Assembly: GCA_965276665.1 (NCBI GenBank)
Contig: OZ255620.1
Span: 2,726,291 to 2,790,290, forward strand
Reading direction: 5' to 3'
DNA: 64,000 nucleotides
Source: Acetobacteraceae bacterium
GTDB lineage: Bacteria > Pseudomonadota > Alphaproteobacteria > Acetobacterales > Acetobacteraceae
Both the position numbers and the translations under genes were made by a program. Below the pieces are notes generated by a model. That model saw only the letters and a program-made list of their open reading frames with translations. It ran no database searches and was not told the DNA's origin. This document shows, piece after piece, positions 8,640-19,500 of this stretch (positions are counted from its first letter, which is position 1; the number at the start of each line of letters is the position of its first letter).

Positions 8640-9020
8640 ATGCATGCCGTTCTCGCCATCTCGCCCCACTATCGGTATCCGGCGGATTTCGCCGGGATGA
8701 CCACCCCGTTCCCAACGGCGGAGGAGGCGTGGCTCTGGACGGCGCAGGCGCTGCGGGCCCGGCGGGACGGGGCCCGTTCGGTCGCTAAGGCGGGTCTGGC
8801 GATACGGCCCTGCGAGCCGGACGATATCGTGCGCTGCCTGGATGGTTTGTTCCGTCGCGGGCGGATCGGTGCCGCGCATGCGACGGCGCTGCATCGCTGG
8901 GGCGAGCGCGGGATGGCGCCGGATGCGCACTGCGCTGCGGAGCAGGCGGATGCCGGCCGCTGGCAGGCGGCGTTGGCCTGGCTAGACTGGGCGTTGCGTG
9001 CGAAGGGGATCGTGGCCTGA
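8640..9020 (+). CDS. Hypothetical protein (126 aa), putative SOS-regulated
   Basis: ORF with ATG; codon usage looks coding; alternative start at MTTPFPT; no family recognised. Confidence 0.55.
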   Translation: MHAVLAISPHYRYPADFAGMTTPFPTAEEAWLWTAQALRARRDGARSVAKAGLAIRPCEPDDIVRCLDGLFRRGRIGAAHATALHRWGERGMAPDAHCAAEQADAGRWQAALAWLDWALRAKGIVA

Positions 9021-9123
9021 TGTCCTTTATAGGAAAAAATTCCTTGACACGACGCCATTATGACAGTTACAACCGAACCGCCAACGGGTGAGCCACGCCT
9101 GTTGGCCTGCCGCCCCTCCGAAA

Positions 9124-9156
9124 GGGCCGCCTCGCAAGGGGCGGCCCTTTTTCTTT
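9124..9156 (+). terminator. Rho-independent terminator
   Basis: gggccgcc-tcgcaagg-ggcggccc stem-loop followed by tttttcttt. Confidence 0.65.
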
Positions 9157-9179
9157 GTCCTCCAGAAAAGAGGCCGCCG

Positions 9180-9413
9180 ATGCCGTTCGTCCTTCGAAAT
9201 CTTTCCGTGCTCGCCTATGCCAACGGATTCACCCTTTGGCACTACAAGGCTCCGGGCGAGCGGCAGGCTTCGGTGATGCGCCGGGGCTATTTCAACGATG
9301 CCGGCGACATGCTGGCGGTGGGCGACATGATCCTGCTCTCTGCCAGCGATGGCGGTCGGCTGGTCTGCATTCTGCCCGACGACACGGCGGTGGTCGTCGA
9401 GCCGGTCGGTTAG
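9180..9413 (+). CDS. Small conserved hypothetical protein (77 aa)
   Basis: ATG at 9180 downstream of the terminator; the longer ORF from 9060 would span the terminator hairpin. Confidence 0.6.
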   Translation: MPFVLRNLSVLAYANGFTLWHYKAPGERQASVMRRGYFNDAGDMLAVGDMILLSASDGGRLVCILPDDTAVVVEPVG

Positions 9414-9545
9414 AGCATTTTCAGTTAAGTCGGCGCCGGCCCTCGCCCCCACCCGGCCCCCCATTGCTAGGCATGTATACTTTCATTGGGGGGCCGGGTG
9501 GGGGCGAGGGCCAGCGCCGACTCCACCGAAGGTGAAATGCTCTAA
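9410..9545. repeat. Nested palindromic element (family C outer arms plus a 34-bp GC-rich inner palindrome)
   Basis: Outer arms ttagagcattt / aaatgctctaa; inner arms 9429-9462 and 9487-9520 with one mismatch; overlaps the stop codons of both convergent genes. Confidence 0.8.
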
Positions 9546-10450
9546 GGCTGGGCGGCCGCCTCCGGCCGGCGGGCGCGGATGCGGCGGATGCGGCGCGCAT
9601 CCGCGTCGAGCACGCGGAATTCGAGGCCGGAGGGATGGCCGATGACCTCGCCGCGGGCCGGCACCCGCCCGGCGAGGGTGAAGACGAGGCCGCCCACCGT
9701 CGCGATGGCGGAGTCCCGTTCCTCTTCGGTCAGCACCGGGCCGGTGCGGGCCTCCAGCTCGTCGATCGGCAGGCGCCCGTCGAGATCGAGCGCGCCGTCC
9801 GGCCGCTCGGTCATCATCGAGCCGGGCGCGTCGTCATGCTCGTCGGAGATGTCGCCGGTGATCGTCTCCACCAGATCCTCGATGGTGACCAGCCCGTCGA
9901 TGCCGCCATATTCGTCCACCACCAGGGCGAGATGCATGCGGGCCTGGCGCATCTGCAGCAGCAGGTCGAGCACCGGAACCTGCGGGGCGACCATCAGCGG
10001 GCGGCGCAGCACCGCCTCAAGGGCGAACGCCTCCGGCCGGCCGGCATAGGCGAGCACGTCCTTCACGTGGACCATGCCGACGATGTCGTCGAGCTGCTCG
10101 CGATAGACCGGCATGCGCGAATGCTCCTCCCGCCGGAACATCGCGAGCACCTGGTCGAGCGTGAGATCGGACGGCACGGCGACGATGTCGGCGCGCGGCA
10201 CCATGACGTTGTCGGCGGTGATGCCGCGCAGGCGGAGCACATTGGCGATCAGCGAGCGTTCCTGCCGGTCGAGCTCCGGCAGCTGGCCGGGCGAGGGCGG
10301 CGCGTCGTCGCTCTCCGCCTCGCCGCCCGCCTCCTGCAAATCGGCTTCCTGCATCAGCTCGGCGATCGATTCCCGCAGGCTGTGCTCAGGGGTGCGGCGG
10401 AGCATGCTGCGCAATCGGCCGAGCAGGCCGGGACGGTCGAGGCCGCTCAT
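9542..10450 (-). CDS. corC: CBS-domain / CorC_HlyC transporter-associated protein (Mg/Co efflux CorC-like)
   Basis: Tandem CBS region (ADNVMVPRADIVAV...) plus C-terminal CorC_HlyC domain; start at MSGLDRP (10450). Confidence 0.9.
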   Translation of the reverse strand: MSGLDRPGLLGRLRSMLRRTPEHSLRESIAELMQEADLQEAGGEAESDDAPPSPGQLPELDRQERSLIANVLRLRGITADNVMVPRADIVAVPSDLTLDQVLAMFRREEHSRMPVYREQLDDIVGMVHVKDVLAYAGRPEAFALEAVLRRPLMVAPQVPVLDLLLQMRQARMHLALVVDEYGGIDGLVTIEDLVETITGDISDEHDDAPGSMMTERPDGALDLDGRLPIDELEARTGPVLTEEERDSAIATVGGLVFTLAGRVPARGEVIGHPSGLEFRVLDADARRIRRIRARRPEAAAQP

Positions 10451-10899
10451 GGCGAGCCTCCGCGCGGCTTCCAGGGGTTCGGCAGCCCCAGGCGGCGGAG
10501 GATGCGGGCCTCGGCCAGCTCCATCCGGCGCGCCTCGCGCGCCCCCCCATGATCCTCGCCGCGCAGATGCAGGCAACCATGCGCCACCAGATGCGCGAGA
10601 TGATGCGAGGCCGGCTTTCCGGCCGCTCGCGCTTCCCGGGTGACGACGCCGAGGGCGAGCACGATGTCGCCGTTGCCGCCGCCGCCCGGCGCGGGGGGGA
10701 AGGTCAGCACGTTGGTCGGTTTGTTGCGGCGGCGATGGCGGGCGTTGAGGCGCTTCACCGACGCATCATTGGTGAGCAGGATGGTGCCGGCCCCGCCGGC
10801 GGCGGCGGCGGCGCGGCGGGCGAGCGCCGCCACGCGCGGAACCACCCGATGCCAGCGCGGCTCATCCACGAGGATGTCCGGGACAGGAATGTCCGGCAT
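10447..10899 (-). CDS. ybeY: rRNA maturation endoribonuclease YbeY
   Basis: HLVAHGCLHLRGEDH zinc-binding motif; 4-nt overlap with corC. Confidence 0.9.
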   Translation of the reverse strand: MPDIPVPDILVDEPRWHRVVPRVAALARRAAAAAGGAGTILLTNDASVKRLNARHRRRNKPTNVLTFPPAPGGGGNGDIVLALGVVTREARAAGKPASHHLAHLVAHGCLHLRGEDHGGAREARRMELAEARILRRLGLPNPWKPRGGSP

Positions 10900-10939
10900 G
10901 GCCGCGCCGGACGGGAGCCCCGCTCGCGCGGGGCCGCGA

Positions 10940-11988
<1,049 letters not shown>

Positions 11989-11992
<4 letters not shown>

Positions 11993-13401
11993 GCGCAGGC
12001 ACTCTCCATGTCGGGGTTGGCCATGCCAGGGTTGGCGAGGGTGGGGTTGGCGAGGACACCGGTCAGTGAGTTGGGGTGCGCGGCGGCGATCGTCACCCTC
12101 GCCTCGGTGCCGGCGAGCGAGGCCGGGCCATCGACATGCACCGGCTGCAGCCAGGGCGTGCGTCCGCTCATCTGGCCCGGATGCCGGCCGGGGCCCGTGA
12201 ACAGCACGGAAACCCGCCTGCCTTGCGTGCGGGCGTTGAAGGCGGCCTGGTCGGCGCGGAGCTGCGCCTGGATCTCCTGTAGCCTGGCATCCTTCACCGC
12301 CTCGGGAACCTGGCGCGGCGCCCCGGCCGCCGGCGTGCCGGGACGGGGCGAGTATTTGAAGCTGAACGCCTGCGCGAAGCCCACTCGGCGGATCAGCGCG
12401 AGCGTCGCCGCATGGTCCGCATCGGTCTCGCCCGGGTGGCCGGCGATGAAATCCGACGACAGCGCGAGATCGGGCCGCGCCGCGCGCAGCCGGTCGATCA
12501 GCCGGAGATACCCATCGGCGGTGTGCCGCCGGTTCATCGCCTCCAGCATCGCATCCGAGCCCGACTGCACCGGCAGGTGCAGGAAGGGCATCAGCTTCGG
12601 CTCCTCGCGATGCGCCGCGATCAGCGGCGCGTCCATGTCGCGCGGATGGCTCGTCGTGTAGCGGATGCGCAGCAGCTCGGGGATCTCGCCGAGCGCGCGG
12701 ATCAGCCGGCCGAGCCCCCATCGGCCGCCCTCCGGCGCCTCGCCCGCCCAGGCATTCACGTTCTGTCCGAGCAGCGTGATCTCGCGCGCCCCGAGCGCCA
12801 CGAGCTGCCGCGCCTCGGTCAGCACCGCCGCCGCCGGCCGGCTCGCCTCGGCGCCGCGGGTGTAGGGCACGACGCAGAACGAGCAGAATTTGTCGCAGCC
12901 TTCCTGGATGGTGAGAAAGGCGGCGACGTCCGCGCGCGTGGGCGCCGGCAGGAAATCGAATTTCGGCTCGGGCGGGAAATCGGCCTCGACCAGCCCGCCG
13001 CCGGTCCGCGCGATGCGCGCCACCATCTCGGGCAGCCGGTGATAGGTCTGCGGGCCGAGCACGAGATCGACATGCGGGGCGCGGGCGAGGATTTCCTCGC
13101 CCGCCGCCTGCGCGACACAGCCGGCGACGGCGAGGATCATCCGGCCGCCCGCATCCGCCCGCGCCTGCTGGAGCGCGCGCAGCCGGCCGAGCTCGGAGAA
13201 CACTTTCTCCGCCGCCCGGTCGCGGATATGGCAGGTGTTGAGGATCACCATGTCCGCCCCTTCGGGGCTCGCCGCGGGGACGTAGCCGAGCGGGGCGAGC
13301 ACGTCCGCCATCCGCGTGCTGTCATAGACATTCATCTGGCAGCCCCAGGTGATGACATGCAGGCGGCGGGGCGCAGCGGTTTCGGGCATCAGGGACGGCA
13401 T
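11989..13401 (-). CDS. miaB: tRNA-i6A37 methylthiotransferase
   Basis: [15 protein letters not shown]-terminus, radical-SAM [11 protein letters not shown] motif, TRAM-like C-terminus. Confidence 0.95.
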
Positions 13402-13582
13402 CCGGCAGAGGCGCGCCGGACCATACCGGGGCGCGAGCACGGAGGAATGAGGATCGGCCGCGTCGCGGTCAAGCACCATACCCGGACGGGTGATATGTCG
13501 CGATGGCGAAGATGTTCCTTCCCGGATCCGCTCATTCCCTATCTGGATAGTCTCGCAAATCCGGCGGCGTGCCTGTCAAGGA

Positions 13583-14527
13583 TTATGATCCGGCCAGCGC
13601 CGCATCGAGACCCGCCGGAGCGGCTGCCGGCTTCGCCGCGGCCTCCGACGCGGTCACGCCGCGGTTCTGCCGCAGCGCCGCGGCGCCGTCCGCGACGGCG
13701 TTCCAGGCGGCGAGCGCCAGCTCCTTCCGGCTCGAGAAATCCCGCGGATCGAGCGGCGCGTGCAGCAGCACGCTGGCGCGCAGCCCCTGCCATTGCGCGA
13801 GCCGCCAGAAATGCGGCGCCAGGTCCATATCGCCATACCAGGCGAAGAGCGGCCGGGCGGTGCGACCGGCGGGCAGGCCGGCCAGCCGGTCGTAGACCAG
13901 CGAGACCGGCTGGAACAGCGGCGGCGCCTCGCCTTCGGCCAGCGCGAAGAACGGCGTGCGGAACGGCAGCACCCGCGACCCGTCCGAGCTCGTGCCCTCC
14001 GGGAACAGCACGAGGTTGTCGCCGCTCGCCAGCCTCTGCGCCATCACGTCCCGCTCCCGCCCGGTGGCGCTCGAGCGGCGGGTGACGAAGACGGTCCGGC
14101 CAAGCCGGGAGATGATGTTGATGCCGGGCCAGCTCGCGACATCGTCCTTGGAGACGAAGCAGGCCTCGAGCAGGCCGCCCAGCACGGTGATGTCGAGCCA
14201 GGAGGAGTGGTTGCAGACGAACACGACCTGCCGCCCCGCCGGTCGCGCCGGCCGGCCGAGCTGGCGCAGCCGCATGCCGAGCAGCACGCAGACCACCCGC
14301 CAGAACCAGCGCGCGAACACCACTTTCGCCCGGCCCGGCAGCAGCAGCAGGAGCGCCTGCACCGAGCACGCGATGATCGTCCAGCCCAGGATCAGCAGCG
14401 TCCGCCGCGCCGCCCGGAGCTTCCGCAGGATGCGCCGCTCCCGGAAGGAGAGCGGCGCCACCCCGCTCGCGATCGGTCCGAAGAGGCGGGCGGCCAGCGG
14501 CTTCAGCCGTCGGGGCGAGTCCTGCAT
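13583..14527 (-). CDS. Lysophospholipid (1-acyl-sn-glycerol-3-phosphate) acyltransferase family protein
   Basis: NHSSWLD (HX4D) and FPEGTSS acyltransferase motifs. Confidence 0.85.
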   Translation of the reverse strand: MQDSPRRLKPLAARLFGPIASGVAPLSFRERRILRKLRAARRTLLILGWTIIACSVQALLLLLPGRAKVVFARWFWRVVCVLLGMRLRQLGRPARPAGRQVVFVCNHSSWLDITVLGGLLEACFVSKDDVASWPGINIISRLGRTVFVTRRSSATGRERDVMAQRLASGDNLVLFPEGTSSDGSRVLPFRTPFFALAEGEAPPLFQPVSLVYDRLAGLPAGRTARPLFAWYGDMDLAPHFWRLAQWQGLRASVLLHAPLDPRDFSSRKELALAAWNAVADGAAALRQNRGVTASEAAAKPAAAPAGLDAALAGS

Positions 14528-14687
14528 GGAACAACCGATACCGCCATAGACCGAGGCGGCACAATGTCAGGCATGTGAAATGACGCCGAAGGGGCGTCGG
14601 GCATGTGAAATGACACCGGGATGCGTCATGGCAGTGCGTGATCGCTCGCGCCGAATGACAGCGTGATTTGCCAATCAGGGGCGGTTC

Positions 14688-16559
14688 GTGTCGTGTAACG
14701 GGGTGTTTCGGCCCCTGCCCCGCGCGCTGCCCGCCGCGCTCTGCCTGTCGGTTCTAGTGGTCCAACCCACCGCGCGGGCGGCCGATCCGCAGCCCTATGC
14801 GGTGACCATCGCCAAGACCGGGAACGCGCCGCTCGACCAGGCGCTGGCCGGCAGCTCGACGCTGTCGAGCCTGCGGACGGTGGCGCCGGTCGCCCCCTTC
14901 GCCCTGGTGACTCGGGCGCAGAACGACGTCTCCCGGCTGGAGGCGGCGCTTGGCGGGTTCGGCTATTACGGCGGCAAGGTGGATATCCGCATCGCCGGCC
15001 GCCCGCTCGACGATCCCGGCCTGCCGGACGCGCTCGACGCCCTGCCCAAGGGAAGCATCGCGCCGGTCGCGGTGGCGGTGACGCCGGGCCCGATCTTCCA
15101 TCTGCGGAAGGTGGCGCTCACCGGCCCGGCGCCGCCCGATGCGGTGGCGAAGCTCGCGCCGCTGAAACCCGGCGCCCCGGCCGTCGCGAGCGACGTGCTG
15201 GCGGCGCAGAACCGGGTGGAGACGCAGTTGCTGGAGGATGGCCACGCTTTCGCGAGCGTGGGCGACCCGGTGGCGATCCTCGACCGCAACGCGCAGGCGC
15301 TCGACGTCACCTTTCCGGTCACCGTCGGTCCGCGCGTCGATATCGGCCGGATCGACATCGCCGGTCTGAAGGGCATGAATCCGGGCTTCGTCCGCCGCCG
15401 GCTGCTGCTGCATCCGGGCGAGCAGTTCAGCCCGAGCAAGGTGGAGGCGGCGCGGCAGGATCTCACCTCGCTCGGCGTGTTCTCCTCGGTGCAGGCGACG
15501 GCGGCGAAGGCCACCGGGCCGGACGGCACCCTGCCGATCACCTTCACCTTCGTGGAGCGGCCGCTCCACGTGGTGAGCCTCGGCGCTGCCTATTCCACCG
15601 ATCAGGGTTTTCAGGGCACCGTCTCCTGGACCGACCGCAACCTGTTCGGCAATGCCGAGCAGCTCATCCTCTCGGCGAATAACAGCCAGCTCGGCGGCAG
15701 CGCCAGCACCGCGCCCGGCTTCGACCTCAACGCGACCTTCCTGAAGCCCGATTTCCTGCGCCGCGACCAGCAATTGCAGATCGATGCCGGGTTCGTCGAT
15801 GAGAGCCTGCTCGCCTATGACCGCCGCGCCGTCACCGGCGACGCCCTGCTCAACCGCAAGATCGACCCGCATCTGACGGTGAGCTTCGGCGTCTCCGGCG
15901 AGGTGGAGCGCATCGTGCAGGAGGAGGAGAGCCGGCATTACGCCCTCGCCGGCGTTCCGCTCACCGCGAAATACGACGACACCAACGATCTTCTCGTGCC
16001 GACGCGCGGGGTGCGCGCCACGATCAGCCTGACGCCGACCGTCGCCGTTCCTGTCGCGGGCGGGACCGGCGGCACGGCGGGGTTCCTGCTCAGCCAGGCG
16101 CAGGGTTCGACTTATTTCGATGTCTCCGGCAACGGCCATAGCGTGCTGGCGCTCCGCGCGATCGTCGGCAGCGCGGTCGGCGCCAGCCAATCCCAGCTTC
16201 CGCCCGACAAGCGCTTCTATGCCGGCGGCAGCGCGACGGTGCGCGGCTATGCCTATCAGACATTGGGGCCGCTCTTCGTCGATGACGACAAGCCGACCGG
16301 CGGCCTCTCGCTCGCCGCCGCGACGGTGGAGTTCCGCCAGCGCGTCTATGGCCCGATCGGCGCCGTCGCCTTCGTCGATGCGGGGCAGGTCGGGACCACC
16401 CCGGCGCCGTTCACCGGCACGCTGCATCTCGGCGCCGGCGGCGGTCTGCGCTATTACTCGCCGATCGGGCCGATCAGGCTGGACGCCGCCGTGCCGCTCA
16501 ACAAGGAGCCGGGCGGCGACACGTTCGAGCTCTATATCGGCCTCGGCGAGGCGTTTTGA
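14688..16559 (+). CDS. tamA: Outer-membrane translocation and assembly module protein TamA (Omp85/BamA family)
   Basis: 623 aa; POTRA-like N-terminus; C-terminal surface-antigen beta-barrel ending in F; followed by tamB. Confidence 0.85.
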   Translation: MSCNGVFRPLPRALPAALCLSVLVVQPTARAADPQPYAVTIAKTGNAPLDQALAGSSTLSSLRTVAPVAPFALVTRAQNDVSRLEAALGGFGYYGGKVDIRIAGRPLDDPGLPDALDALPKGSIAPVAVAVTPGPIFHLRKVALTGPAPPDAVAKLAPLKPGAPAVASDVLAAQNRVETQLLEDGHAFASVGDPVAILDRNAQALDVTFPVTVGPRVDIGRIDIAGLKGMNPGFVRRRLLLHPGEQFSPSKVEAARQDLTSLGVFSSVQATAAKATGPDGTLPITFTFVERPLHVVSLGAAYSTDQGFQGTVSWTDRNLFGNAEQLILSANNSQLGGSASTAPGFDLNATFLKPDFLRRDQQLQIDAGFVDESLLAYDRRAVTGDALLNRKIDPHLTVSFGVSGEVERIVQEEESRHYALAGVPLTAKYDDTNDLLVPTRGVRATISLTPTVAVPVAGGTGGTAGFLLSQAQGSTYFDVSGNGHSVLALRAIVGSAVGASQSQLPPDKRFYAGGSATVRGYAYQTLGPLFVDDDKPTGGLSLAAATVEFRQRVYGPIGAVAFVDAGQVGTTPAPFTGTLHLGAGGGLRYYSPIGPIRLDAAVPLNKEPGGDTFELYIGLGEAF

Positions 16560-19500
16560 TGCGCGGGCTGCGGATTGCCGGAAAACTGCTGGCCTGGATC
16601 GTCGGCGCCGCGATCGCGGTGCCGGTGGCCCTCGTGCTGGCCGTGCTCGTCTTCGCCAACATCCCGGCCGGCCAGCGCCTGATCGCGCGCGAGATCGGGC
16701 CGCTCAGCGCTGGCCTGGCGCGGGTCTCCGGCCTCTCCGGCCGCTTCCCCGACGCGCTGCGGGTCGCCCATGTCACCCTGCACGACCCGGGAGGCGACTG
16801 GCTCACGATCAACGATATCCGGCTCGACTGGTCGCCGCTGCGGCTGATCTCGCGGCTGGCTCAGATCGACGATCTGACGGTGGGCGAGATCCATGTGCTG
16901 CGCCTGCCGCAATCGGCCCCAGCCCCGGCCCCGGCGAAGCCGGCCTCCTCCACCCCGTTCGGCCTGCCGGTGCGGGTGGCGGTCGAGCGGCTGCGCGTCG
17001 AAAAACTCGCCATCGACCCGCCGGTCGCCGACGCCGCCGCGGCGCTGCGGATCGCCGGCTCCGCGCATCTCGCGACATTGCAGCAGGGCGACCTCTCGCT
17101 CGACGTGACGCGGCTCGACGGACCCGGCCACTACGCCGTCTCGGGCAAATTCGACGCCGCGCATATCAAGGCGGCGCTCGAGGCCAGCGAGCCGGCGGGC
17201 GGGCTCGTCGCCTCGCTCGGCCATCTGCCGGCGCTCGGCGCGCTCGCGGTGCACGCCACGGTGGACGGCCCGCGCAGCGCGGAGGCGACGCATCTGACCC
17301 TCGCCGCCGGCCCGCTGCGCGCCGCGGCGGACGGCACCGTCGATATCGTGGGCCAATCGGCCGATCTCGCCGTCACCGCCTCCGCGCCCCCGATGGCGCC
17401 GCGCGCCGATACGTCCTGGCAGAGCGTCGCGATCGACGCCCATGTGCACGGGCCGTTCACCAAGCCGGATGCGAGCGGGCATGTCGCGGTCGCCGGGCTG
17501 AAGGCGGGCGGTGCCGCGATCGACCGGTTCGAGGCGGATATCGCCGGCAATCAGGGGCAGGTGACGCTGAAGGCGAGCATCGCCGGCCTCGTGATCCCGG
17601 GGCCGAAGCCCGATCTGCTGCAGGCCTCGCCGCTGCTGCTGAGCGCGCAGGCGCGGCTCGACACGCCGGACCGCCCCGTCACCTTCAGCCTGGCGCATCC
17701 GCTGATCGCCGCCGACGGCACCGCGCAGACCGGCGGCGCGCTGGCGGCGACCCTGCATCTCCGCCTGCCCGACCTCGCCCCCTTCGCCGCGATTGGCGGC
17801 ATCGACCTTCACGGCAGCACCGATCTCACCGTGCAGGCGGCCGAGCGGGGCGCGGGCGAGCAGGTGGCGATCGATGGCGGCCTCGCGCTCACCGGCGGCA
17901 TGGCGCAGCCGGTGGCGCTGATCGGGCCGGGCGGCAAGATCGGCACCACCATCGCGCTCGACGGGGGCAACATCACGATCTCCCGCTTCGACCTCGCCGG
18001 CAAGGCGCTGCACCTGACCGCGCACGGCACCGATAATGGCGGCGCGCTCGATGTCGATTACGCGCTCGACCTGCCGGACATGACGGCGGTCGTGCCGACG
18101 GTGAACGGCACGGTCGGCATCACCGGCCATGCGCAGGGCCAGCAGACCGATCTCGCGGTGACCACCGACATCAAGGGCGATCTCGGCGCGCCGGGCGTGC
18201 CGCGCGCGCCGGTCACCGCGCATCTGGCGCTCTCCGGCCTGCCCGGCGCGCCGCAAGGCGACGTCACGGCCGCGGGCGCGTTCGACGGCGCGCCGCTCTC
18301 GCTCGCGGTGCATGCGTCCCGCGCCGCCGATGGCGGCCTCACCGCCGAGATCACCCGCGCCGATTGGCGGAGCCTGCATGCGGAGGGGAAATTCACCCTG
18401 CCGAAGGGCGCGACCCTGCCGCTCGGCCAGGCCGAGCTCCGCATGACGCGGCTCGACGATCTGCGTCCGGTGATCGGGCAGGCGGTCTCCGGCAGCGTGC
18501 AGGCGACGATCGCGCTCGACACCGGTCTCGCGAAGCTCAATCTCGAGGCGCGCGATGCCGGGCTGCCGGGCGATCATGTCGGCCGCGCCACCGTCACCGC
18601 GACGGTCAGGGACCCGCTCGGCAACGCCGCTGTCGACGCGCAGGCGAATATCGACGGCATCGCGGCGGCAGGCATCGGCGGCCAGGCGCGGATCACCGTC
18701 ACCGGACCGAAGGATGCGATCGGCATCCGGCTAGCGGCCGGGCTGACCGGGCTCGCCGGGTCGGACGCGAAGATAACCGGCGCCGCCTCGGTCAACGTGA
18801 CGGCGAAGCAGGCGACGTTGAGCGCGCTTTCGGTCGACTGGCATGACGAGCCGGTGCGCCTGCTCGCGCCGGTGCGGGTCTCCTTCGGCGATGGCGTGTC
18901 GGTCGACCGGCTTCGCATCGGCATCCGGCAGGCGACGCTCGATCTGGCCGGGCGGATCACGCCCAAGCTCGACCTCACCGCCGGGCTGCACAACCTGACC
19001 GCCGATCTCGCCAAGCCGTTCGCGCCGAGCCTCGCCGCCGACGGTTCGGCCAGCGTCGATGCCAAGCTCGCGGGCAGCCTCGCCGCGCCGACCGGCACGG
19101 TGCGCCTGCGCGCCGCCGGCATCCGGATGCGGAGCGGCCCGGGGCGGTCGCTGCCGCCGGCGACGCTCGCCGCCGATCTCGACCTCGCCGGCACCTCGGC
19201 CCGGGTCGATGCGCGGCTCGCCGCCGGGTCGACGCATCTCGCCGTCACCGGCACCGCGCCGCTCTCGGCCGGCGGGCCGATGAACCTGCACGCCACCGGC
19301 GCGGTCGATCTCGCCCTGAGCGACCCGATCCTCACCGCGTCCGGCCGGCGGATGCGCGGCAATGTGACGCTGGATGCGACCGCGACCGGTGCGCCCACCG
19401 CGCCGCGCATCGCCGGCAGCGTGCGGCTCGCGAATGGCGAGTTCCAGGATTACGCGCAAGGCGCGCATCTGACGAATATCGCGGCCGAGATCGACGGCAC

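Noticed and set aside
12412-14085. 557-aa plus-strand ORF
   Set aside because: Antisense to miaB and the acyltransferase gene, both of which carry clear catalytic motifs.
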